From assembly GCF_021869535.1 (NCBI RefSeq), contig NW_026262615.1:35216001-35280000 (forward strand): a DNA stretch of 64,000 nucleotides, written 5' to 3'. How positions within the stretch are numbered: position 1 is the stretch's first letter; every line of letters begins with the position of its first letter. Both the position numbers and the translations under genes were made by a program. A model generated the notes under the pieces. It had not been told where the DNA came from, searched no databases, and saw only the letters and a program-made list of their open reading frames with translations. Below, piece by piece: positions 12,332-22,900 of this stretch. Source of the DNA: Mytilus californianus (Eukaryota).

Positions 12332-12560
12332 AACTTTACTGCACCAAAAGCGAACTTCGAATGACAATATCTTTAATTTACAAAACCGCCAAAAGTATAG
12401 CACGAAATATTTGAATTGACCTTATTCGAATATTATGGTCAGTTCTAACTCGATCAATGAAAAACATTTAACCTATTATATACTTTCAACGCGTGTAAAT
12501 TTATAAACAAATACACGTGGTAATGTTTACATACCGGTGTACATAACTTTGATGAATATA
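12332..12560 (-). repeat. Split direct repeat A1 (5' end of element)
   Basis: Matches 6808-7040 and, inverted, 14277-14508. Confidence 0.92.
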
Positions 12561-12660
12561 TGTTACCTAATTCCGTCATCGTTTAACTCTAAATTGTATA
12601 TTTAAATAAAAATGGCTATATTATATAGTTGTTAGTTAATTCTGAAATATCCATTTTTTA

Positions 12661-12763
12661 AGCCATGATTTTTTTGTTTGTCTTTTTATTTTTTAGCCAT
12701 GGCGTTGTCAGTTTATTTGCGATCTATGAGTTTGACTTTCCCTCTGGTATCTTTTGCCTCTCT
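12661..12763 (+). mobile_element. Penelope-like family B 3'-end fragment
   Basis: Reverse complement of the 3899-4000 sequence. Confidence 0.6.
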
Positions 12764-13289
12764 GTTACTTGATTTTCAAATAGTTTTGTTTTATGAACAT
12801 GATTAAAACGTATTATTAAATTTTATATTCTATTAATTATTTCCTGTATTTTTCTAAATTCTCCAATTTGGTTTACAACATACCAAAACATAAATCCAAA
12901 TCACAAAAAAAATATTAGAAACAATCAGGAATGCATGGTTTCCTTATAATGTATGACCATGTTGTTTGTATTTTAGACTAAGCGCCGTATAACTAACTAT
13001 AATAGAATTTATCTCCAAACACTACCGAAAGTCAAGTACGCCTGTGTGAATTCGAATTGCAGAGCTCTGCAGGGATCATATAAGTGTAAAATCTGGTGCC
13101 AAGGTATTACTTTTTAATGTGTATCATACTGTATACTGTTTAATTTATATGTTCCACAAATCTTCCTTCAAAATATTAATCATCTACTCTAGCAATTATA
13201 TACAAAAATTAAAAAAATCGATTTATTACTGGTATCAATCATATATCAATTAAGTGTTGATCTTTCTTTTTCCATGGAAAAAGGCCCAA

Positions 13290-13630
13290 AAAACAAAACA
13301 AAACATAGTCGTCTACAAAACTCCACAAAGCCAAAAAACAAAAGAAGGTGGAACAATTTCCACACAAAAACCGAGAGTGATGTCCAGTGGTGCTACAGTA
13401 GGCTAAGCAGATGCTAATCCCCACATGGCATCCGTTATGTTACTCATGCGGGCGCACATTCAATGATAAGCCTAATTCGGGTGTGGCATATTTGCGAAAA
13501 ATAAGACTGGATTGAGGTTACAACAACTTTGAAATATCAGTCCTCAGGAAAGAGATTTTCGAAAACGGTCGACCATCTCGTGGTTGTGACCGTAATATTT
13601 TTGAAATGATGGCATCAACCTCACCACTTG
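13290..13630 (-). mobile_element. Penelope-like family B fragment (diverged)
   Basis: Similar to 18745-19185 and 26725-27050. Confidence 0.55.
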
Positions 13631-14276
13631 TTATTCTTAATTTAATACATTCCTTGTCAGCTGCGTTAAAACCTTCATTATAAATTACAGTAGAGATGGC
13701 AATGAGTACTCACTCAGATAGCCTAATACTCTAGTACTAATTTTTGTGCTCGGATCCTTGTTTGCCTTTTAACTATCTTCAATCATTTCTATTTACATTT
13801 CTCCTAACTTTAGTTCCCTTTGAAATATCCCATTCGTAACACGTACGTACATATATTGACAAAGAACATGGTTTATCTATAAAGCGTGTTTAATCAGCAC
13901 CGAAAGTTCCTGCCGAGAGTATTTTTTTTATGTGTATGACTTTTTTTTAAAATACTTTAATATAAAAGTGTGGTTCAAGTGATTTTCTGAACAAGACAAA
14001 AAACGAATTGTACCCACAAAACTGATTAGAGACATTTGTAATGGTATTTGTACACGGATCAACACTTGCATGGATCCATACTTCACAAACCTTAAACTTA
14101 CCTTTGATTGTTAATCAAGAGTTCTCTGCAAGCTTGATTGGTGTGATATATGTGAAGTTAGCAGCCGATCTGATATTCGTTATTCGATAGCAGTCGGTTC
14201 CATATTCAAAATTTCTTAGCTGAATATAATAACAAAATCAAACATTCAATACCATTAAAAGCATGATAGTAATAGT

Positions 14277-14834
14277 TAAATATATTTATTAAAGTTATGT
14301 ACACCGGTATGTAAACATTACCTCGTGTAATTGTTTATAGTAATACACGTGTTGAAAGTATATAATAGGTTAAATGTTTTTCATTGATCGAGTAAGAACT
14401 GACAATAATATTTGAAAAGGTCAATTTAAATATTTCGTGCTATACTTTTGGTGGTTGTGTGAATTTAAGATATCGTCATTCGAGGTTCGCCTTTGGTGCA
14501 GTCAAGTTTTCCACCCTCCCACCTGACTGAATGTATTTTTCTTGTGTTATGTTTTTATTAATGTGAATAATAATGTGTGTAATAACAGTATCTTTAATTT
14601 GATTCATAATATGTTTTTGCGTAACTAATGAAAATTGTTTTTATTTTTGTAGATTGGTTTTTGTGTTTGTTACCTGCAGCGGCCTGGGCAGACAGTAACA
14701 GATGAACTTTTGTATTGCATTTGTCCTTAAAATAAAGCTTTGCTGCAAACTGTCAGATGAGCTGATCCCATACAAAGGCGTTCAGTTTTATTTTGTTAAT
14801 AATTCATTTTCGCTTGAAGTTATGAATTAGAACA
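14277..14834 (+). mobile_element. Solo A-spacer-B remnant of the same Ngaro family, opposite orientation
   Basis: Reverse complement of 6469-7040: A (14277-14508), spacer (14509-14734) and B2-type B (14735-14834), with no internal ORFs. Confidence 0.9.
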
Positions 14835-15854
14835 TAAAGGGAGTAAACAAGTGATGTAGGAAATTTTTTTGTGACCAATTCAAATATAAATAATATGTAA
14901 ATCGAATATTTCTCTGTATGAAATATAGATTTTTATCAAAAAGATACAATCATAGATGTACATTTAAGAGATAATATTTCAAGACACAAAAACAAAAGAC
15001 ACTTCAGTAAAAGTCAAAAATATCAATAGAAACAACTATGAAAAAAAAGATATTTTCGGTAGAATATTAAAACTATATTACCGGAAAGAGGGCCAAGGGA
15101 ATTGGCTAGAACTTCCTGATCTCTCAATCTACAAAATAGTATGCATATGGTCAGTTATATGAATGGCATCAAACGGAATTTGGGCAAATTTAGGTATATC
15201 CTAGTATGTTTACGGAGGGCTCAAAGTTCCAGTTTGATTTTCAAAATATATATAAAAAAAACCTACCGGAGAATTCTGAAAAAAGCAAGACCCGCATGGT
15301 TTTTCAAAATCTTTAAAATTAAATAATATTGTAGAATTCCTATTAATATAGGTGTTATCAAAAGGATTTCATAGGAAATTTGTCATTTTCGTTATGTACG
15401 GAGGGCTATTATGAAGGTTATTTTTATAAACGGTGATAGGGTATTCGTTGTTCAATCGACAGACAAAGTAAAGGTGCGATACACATAACTAATGATTAAG
15501 TTATATTTTCTAGTCGTACAGTTTGAGAATTTTAATTTTGTGGTATAGATTGACGTGCAATTTTACACGTGTTCCAGTAGGTTCAAAACTGCATCAACTG
15601 CTAAAACAAGACACAAAATCAAAATTTAGAATACAAATATCAGTCAGTCTGGTATTTTTATCATGTCCAAGGAACACCTTGAAGACGTTATTTGGCACAT
15701 ATATGATACCCTTTAATTTTCGTATGATCAGGCCAATTTTTCTGCCCCCTGACGACGAAAATTAAAATGTATAAATCTGACAAATAACATCCTCTGCCTT
15801 TTATCTGGTAGTAAAATATGTTTTAGAGGTGACATACTAAAACAAAAATCATCA

Positions 15855-16225
15855 TTTATAAATTTTGAATTTTTCGAAAGACTAAGGGTCTTGCCTTTGA
15901 ATAGATTACCTTAGCTGTTTTTTGCAAAACGTTTGGAAATTTTGGGTCCTCAAAGTATTTCGTTCTTTACTTGGCCCTTTATTACTTTTTTGTTAGAGCG
16001 TCTCTGATGAACTAATTGTTTACAACCACTGCGTTAACATGGTTAATACCACTGCCGGTTGCATTTATCTCCCCAATGGGTCTATAAGCACAGTAGACAG
16101 CGCCAGCACTTCTGTGTTGACATGCATTATCATTGTTAAGGTCATAATTATAAATCAACGGTGTCCAATTTCTCTAACTTTTTGAAAGACTAAGAATATT
16201 CTACCTTAGGAATAGCTTACCTTAC
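15855..16225 (+). mobile_element. Decayed retrozyme-like ~310-bp repeat (one unit plus the start of the next)
   Basis: TTTT.GAAAGACTAAG...AATAG.TTACCTTA occurs near 15870 and again near 16180. GAGCGTCT-CTGATGA at 15996-16010 is the hammerhead first box; the rest of the core is deleted. Confidence 0.55.
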
Positions 16226-16496
16226 GGAACAACCATTTTTAACTTCAAGGGGAGGGGTTATCATGTTGGTTTTTTTCAGTTTTTCGACGCTATCAATCTT
16301 TTTTTTTTTCTTTAACACGATAAAGATATGGGACAAATCTGGATGCAGAACATATTTTTTCATCTGCTTTAACACAAAGTGTTTAGGAAAAAAACATATC
16401 CCTCTATTTGAAGTTCAATTGTCATTTCCTTAGCTTTATTTGGCTTAAGTGCTGTTCAAAATCGTACTCTATTTGACCTTTTATTAGAAAAATTCG

Positions 16497-16541
16497 AGCG
16501 TCACTGAAGAGTCTTTTGTAGGTGCAACGCGCGCCTGCCGT
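16497..16541 (+). ncRNA. Degenerate type I hammerhead ribozyme motif
   Basis: GAGCGTCA-CTGAAGA-GTC-TTTTGTA-GGT-GCAA-CGCGC-GCC-TGCCGT. Topology is intact but the GAAA and GTC boxes are mutated. Confidence 0.6.
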
Positions 16542-16758
16542 CCAAAATGTCAATTCTCGGATCTATGATAAATTATTTTTTAGTAAACATGTTCGTTGTG
16601 TAGGTGTTTAGGGCAGATGTGGATGATGGTCATATAATAATAAGGAGATGTTATATAATTGACAATAAAGCAACTGTCCATCTTAGTTCAAATTAAGCGC
16701 ATGTAAGCATTTATAGACGAACGTACGACCTTCAACAATGCTAAACACCCAAACCGTA

Positions 16759-17530
16759 TAAAATTGAGAATGGAAATTATGAATGTGTCATAGAAACAAC
16801 AACCCAACCAAAGAAAACAGCCGCCGAAGGCCACAAATAGGTCTTCAATACAACGAGAAAATCCCGCACCCGGAGACGTGCTTCAGCTGACCCCTAAACA
16901 AAAACATATACTAGTTCAGTGATAATAGACGTCATACTAAACTCTGTGATATATAATGGAAACTAAAATTTAAAATAATACAAGATTAATAAAGGCCAGA
17001 GGCTCCTGATTAATGTAGCGGGGTTAAACATGTTTTTTGAGATCTCAACCCTCATCCTATACCTCTCGCTAATGTAGAAAAAACAAACACACAGCAATAC
17101 GCACAGTAAAACTCAGTTTAAAAAAAGAAAAGGTTGGCCAGATGAAAGCAGAGAGATGCACAGTTAGTTCCCATGTGAATACCGACAACCTGTTGTTCAA
17201 TTCTGCCTCTAGATGAAAACAATATGTTGTAAATGAAAACTCCAGCAAACTGATCCCAATTGCAAGGATGAAAATAGCAATACAAACATGGTCTTCATTG
17301 CACGTCTATCGTCCTAATATAATACGTGTCGCAATGGTTTAAGTTAGTTTGGCTGCATGGGATGCACAAATACGAAGCGACGTCTTGTCGAAACGGTAAA
17401 ATTATTCTCGGTCTTTTAGATATTCGTAGCTAATCTTTCACAGGTTCTATGACACTATCAGGCAAACCAGGGGCTTTTGTTTTTGCAATGGCTAGCTTGA
17501 TTTCCTATTGACGTGCCTTGCGTACTATGT
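16759..17530 (-). mobile_element. Internally deleted Penelope-like element (family A 3' end plus RT fragment)
   Basis: 16759-17120 matches 7715-8100. Minus-strand 17130-17230 reads GRIEQQVVGIHMGTNCA, resembling the PLE RT motif GIPMGTNCA. Confidence 0.7.
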
Positions 17531-18062
17531 TTGTAACTAAAATCGATTATTACGTTTTATAGATTTTATATAAAGAATATGTCTGTTTGTTTTGTTCACA
17601 CATCGGTGTCAATATAATGGAATTTTATGCGACTGTCATACAAGAAACGAGAGGTTTAGCTATAGATAAAACCAGGATCAATCCACTATTTTCTACAAAT
17701 ACAGGAAGACGACATTTGTTTTCCATTCTTTTAATGAGTTTGAACCTTTTTTTTTTGTCATTTGATTTTACGTTTTAAAATTTCCTTGAGTTCGGTATTT
17801 ATTTTATAAACTTTTTATTCATTTATCTATATACCTGGTTGTGACAAACACATCCAGTTTTACAAAATACAGATTGTAGTATGTATCTTTACCCGTGTAG
17901 ATGACAGGTGGAATAGTGCATCATTTTTCTTCTAATAGCACTTTGTTTTTGCTCATTATAATGGAATTTTGTTTATATCGTCAACATATTTGGAAGAACT
18001 CGATTTTACACCAAACAAACAAAAAAACAACGAATCTTTAGGAAAATATTTTATCTTAATAG

Positions 18063-18214
18063 AAGGAATGGGTACTGGACTCCTTTTAGCATGTTTAGTA
18101 GTTATTGCCTTAATCTATTTTTGTTTTGCTTTTTCGCGGGAATCTAAAGTAGAAAGAAATAAACCGCAAACAGCAAAATATGAACGACAAAACATTACAA
18201 ACACGAAATGTTAA
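18063..18214 (+). other. Candidate orphan terminal exon encoding a transmembrane helix and short tail
   Basis: TTTATCTTAATAG| then (E)GMGTGLLLACLVVIALIYFCFAFSRESKVERNKPQ...KC*. No partner exons identified. Confidence 0.3.
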
Positions 18215-18744
18215 CACAATGTAAACTCCCAAAACATCACTTAATAGCTTAAATGTCATTCTTAGATGATTTTAATTAATTATTGTCATTTGTTTTTGCC
18301 AGAGTTATATGTTAAGTAGAATATAATAAACTGTAAACAGCATTGCAACTAGACAAAATTTTACAAATAGGTCGAGACAACCCCAAATCGTCAGTCGCTT
18401 GCTGATAGGATTAATTGCACTTAAATAACGGTCAGCTTGACAAATATACAAATAATTCGATATATTCTGGAGAATCATAATGTATTACAAACAGGGAATT
18501 AAATCAAGACGTATTTCAAACTAACTGAAACAGCTGCCCCCTGTGCTCTCTATTTTTCTAAGCATCCTTCTTCAGTTTTTATTTTTCAGATTTTAATACT
18601 TTAAATGTAAGTTCAGAAGTTGCGTTTTCTATATAAAAAACTTGTAATTGTGCATTTTATTTTTTTTTTTTTTTATTCGATTGATCAATAATAATCAAGG
18701 CAAAACATATGGTACAATCGGAATAATTTTTCAGCAATATATTA

Positions 18745-19185
18745 AAAAAGAAGGGTGAAAAATACCAGAAGGACAGTCAAACTCATAGATCGAAAAGAAA
18801 CTGACAATGCGATGGGTAAAACAGAAAATGACAAACAGACACATAATAGTACTCAAGTAACAACATACAAAACTGAAGCCTAAACAACACGAACCATACA
18901 CTGGGGGTGATCTCAAATGCTCTGGTAGGGTAAGTAGATCCTGTTCCACATGTGACATCCGCTGTGTTGTTCATGTTATTACAAACCCGGTAAATAATTT
19001 AATACGGTAGGTCACATTAGTTAAAAGGGAAGGGAATTGTAGTTACGACATAAGGATCATATCCGATATCATTTGTGAAACGGTTATTCCATAACGGTCA
19101 ATCAACTCGTGATAGCGTCCTTTATTTACGAAGGAATTATTTCAACTTCACTATTTGAAACTCTTGGTTTGACAGCTATTACTGT
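18745..19185 (-). mobile_element. Penelope-like family B fragment
   Basis: Same constant end as 3899 and extends further into the element. Confidence 0.7.
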
Positions 19186-19599
19186 TTACTATTAGGACTG
19201 TGTATCGGAAACAAAATGTTATTTTATATTAACTTTCAATTAACCTGTGTTCTATACAAATACAGGTTGACAGATGGCATATAGTGCAAAACGTATAGTG
19301 TATCCTGGTATCTCGCTTCTGTTCCGAGCCAACGATTGCGTTAAAATGTACATTTATATTACAGTTAAAAATGCGGTTCTCAAAGCGTTCTAGTCATGTC
19401 GATTTCATCAATACAAAACAATATCAATATGGAAGGGAAAATACTAATCTTGCAAGATTCTATGGTAAACTTCAGGAAACAAACAATATTTTTACATTAA
19501 ACATAACTTTGGAAACATAAAATGTAAAATTTATCGAAATCAAAAGGAAGATTTCGTCAATATATATAAACAATTCACCAAAGTTTAATGAAAATTGGA

Positions 19600-19712
19600 G
19601 TTTTTTTTCCGAAGCTTTGACGACGGATGGACGGACGGACGGTCGGATGAACAGACAGACGGAAAATTATATACAAAAATAACCACAAACGGGCGTATAC
19701 AAACAGTATGTA
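19600..19712 (-). mobile_element. HINE-type element 5'-end fragment
   Basis: (GGAC/AGAC)n microsatellite followed by ACGGGCGTATACAAA, as at the end of the 27262-28060 element. Confidence 0.5.
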
Positions 19713-21329
19713 CTCTCTATGAAACAGGATACACGGTCATTTATATCTCTGTTCTAAAGCTCACTAGATAAGTTTATATTTGCAAATACTGTACAAGTAC
19801 AGTTAATTTGAAAAAAATAAATATTGAATAAAACATGAAAAAAGTGTTTTCTATAGTATTGCTGATAACAACTAACCAAAAATGTAATGTCAATTTCGGA
19901 ACACAACACTAGAGAAAATGATTCAACTGATAATAAAAAAATCTCCATCAAAAAGTTTATCACGTGTCATGAAATAACGACAAAAACTTCAAGACTTTTA
20001 ACTTTAAGATTAACAAAAGCGCACTTTTAAATAGTTCAAATTAAATTTGATACTTGGTTTTACAAAAAAAAAAAAACTGTACATAGAACACTGCTCTTTG
20101 ATAGATTCATTGTACTGTTGCATTGTTTCATGTTAGAACATGTTAGATCAGAGTTTAAAATGAAGCCGAAAATCCACGCTATCGCTCGGGCAAAAATAAT
20201 CAAGAATATAATGCTTACCCATGTTAAAACTACAATAAAGTATAGCTTGCTTCAATTATTTCTTAATTTATTTTAGATGCACCAAATGCATTTACAAGAC
20301 AAAATAAAAAAACTACGTTTCAATTATTCAGAAGTTGATACTCAAAATGGTGGAATAGTAATAATAAAAAACCACTTCAGATTAGGAATATTTTTCTCAA
20401 GATTTCATAATTGCTTGATATGTGTTCAATAATAAGGTAATATATTACTGCAACTGACCTCGAAAAAGACGCTTAGTTAACGAGTTTAATGTTCCGGAAT
20501 AACACACGGCTGCAAATTGTTTTAAACGATAGAATGATATCTATATTTTAATTTTTGTCTGGTCGTAAAAAGTTTCTTTGGTCACATTTTTGTATTTTAG
20601 CCTTAAATGGGGTACCCCGCAATTTACGGTTTTGGGTAGTCATCTTAAAATCCAAAAACACAATTATTTCATTAAATTCCCGGCTCTTTTTGTTAATATT
20701 TTCGATGCACATATCATCAAGGATCATCGGAATGATAGAGACATAAATATAATACCATCATCGAGTAAAACTTTTAAACTTGAAAGTTGGCCGTTTTTAG
20801 ATGGAAATTTTACACATTTGTCTTTGAAAACGAGAAAACGTATGATTAAAAAACAGTATTTGACATTTGAGAGGACAATATATGTTATTGCAATACTGCA
20901 TGCAAATTTTGTTGGGCAAAGTTCAAACAATTTTGTCAAAAACTAAAAAATAAAAACATTATTAATACCCTTTTTTCTTACGAAAATTTCATATCCGTCA
21001 ATCAACTCCATCATTTATTTATTCCTTCACAATGAATTTAATAGTTTCGATGTGATTATGTTCATTTTCGTGGATAAGTTGATTAATTTTGAGTTTTTTG
21101 GAGTGGAATTGATTATATATAGTAGTTCTTTCGTGTATTTTCTGTAAATAAGTTATATTTTTGTTGATAAAATTTTGACTTTTTATAAAAGTTAACCAAA
21201 CTTCGGATAAGATGTTTTTCCGGATAATGACTAGCTGCGGAAGTCCTTTAAAATTTACTAATACAAATCCCAAAAGTAGAAGGCTTGATATTGTGTGGAA
21301 AAAAATACATTTTATGTCAATGTTCAACC

Positions 21330-22900
21330 TCAGAGCAATTGATATTCATGCAAGCGATCTGTAGTTTTGCAGAGATTTGGTGTGTGACAAGGTGATGCTA
21401 CCACTAACTTCTCTTGATTGTCTGCTTTCTTTGGACGAAAGAGTTGTGAATCGTCAGTGATGTTATAAGACTTACACCAGTAGCGTCTTTAAATTATAAA
21501 CAACAGAAAGCCAAATGTGTGATCAATCTGATCCACATGTATCCTCACAAACTGACAGTTTTATACGATCTCGCACAGTTTCCTCCTTGTAGTTGGGATA
21601 TGAAAACATGTTTTTTTTTTTGTGTAAAAGCAAAACTTTTAAAGGGGACAGAAAACAACACAATATTGAGTCGCCTGAACGTGTTGACAGTCTTTTCAGG
21701 TGTGCTAATGCTAGTAATCATTTATCCATGGTAAAGATAATCGCGAGTACAGATTTATTTTCAAATGCATAACCATTACTCATTGAAGTCAACACTTGTG
21801 CAATCAGGTAAAACAGTTACTGAAGAATTTGAATTTGAACTTGCTTTCAATTCACTGATAACGATCGTTAATGATGATATGTTCTTCCAGAAAAAGGCCT
21901 TTCTCATGGAGCACATCCTCGACATATACCGATTACTTTTACCCAAGAATGTCTCTGATGCTTATCCAACTGCCAAACTCCAGAACAAACTAGCTATAGT
22001 TATTTAACACCTTACAATTCAGACACAGCGGGGACAAGGGATGTCAAATATAGAGTTTAGCTCTGGATTCACTATAGGGGATGCCATATCTGCTGCAGGA
22101 AAATTAAATTATATGTTCGTGTTGCTTAGTCTTTAGTTTTCTATGTTGTGTTTTGTGTACTGTTGTTTTTCTGTTTGTCTTTTTATTTTTTTAGCCATGG
22201 CGTTGTTAGTTCATTTTCGATCTATGAGTTTGACTGTCCCTCTGGTATCTTTCGTCCCTCTTTTAAGACTTTTAGAATTACAGCAAGGTGTGTCTGAAGA
22301 TATCAAGGATACATTAAAAGAGGATCAATTACTCCACTCTGCCGCTAACGCTCTTTGGAGCTCTGTCCTCGTCGGGTGCTTCTATGAAAAAGATGCCCGC
22401 ATCGTTTTTCAAATTTATTTGTTAATTAATTGATGAAAAATCACACAAAGGCTCTTCTGAACCTCGTGTTGTCCCTAAAGATAAAAAAAAAATCGTAAAT
22501 GTATCGCTATTACAAAATCAATCGTTGCTGTAGCAAAATATAAACATTTGCCCCATTACATTTGGGATTGGCCGTGCAGTTATATCATGAATATGGTAAT
22601 ATGGGTCACGAACATCGATAGCAACTTTTTACTCGCATGGCTTTTGTGTTTCCTATGCAGATGTAAGACTTTACCTGACAAGCATTCCCATGCACGAGTT
22701 TGACCAAATTAAGACGGTATTTACGCTCCAGATGGCATTGTTTCAAAACACCAAAGGGGTTGTGGGGGTTGGGGTGTTTGATAATTTTCAAAATTTTCCT
22801 GTTTAGTCAGAAACGTTTGACCATCAAGTTATTCCATTTAAGACCGGATATAACAACTCATTCTGACTTCAGGCTTGAATTTTTGGCCGGGAAGACAAAA
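21330..22900 (+). pseudogene. Degraded transposase (AcademX-like)
   Basis: AFNSLI...YRLLL...YPTAKLQNKL, GQGMSNIEFSS...AISAAGKL, QLLHSAANAL, LHLGLAVQLYHEYG and SHGFCVSYADVRLYLTSI. Many stops; interrupted by a family B insertion. Confidence 0.65.
22110..22265 (+). mobile_element. Penelope-like family B fragment nested in the transposase
   Basis: Reverse complement of 3899-4050; transposase-like sequence resumes after it. Confidence 0.75.

Larger units (their letters stand above)
6469..12560 (-). mobile_element. Ngaro/DIRS-group tyrosine-recombinase retrotransposon, full length, inactivated
   Basis: Minus-strand order: repeat A1, gag, RT-RNaseH-MT, YR, B1, A2, spacer, B2. Split direct repeats seen directly. 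Multiple stops and frameshifts. Confidence 0.92.

Noticed and set aside
11535-12414. Plus-strand ORFs 11535-11726, 11803-12006 and 12010-12414
   Set aside because: Antisense shadows of the gag ORF.
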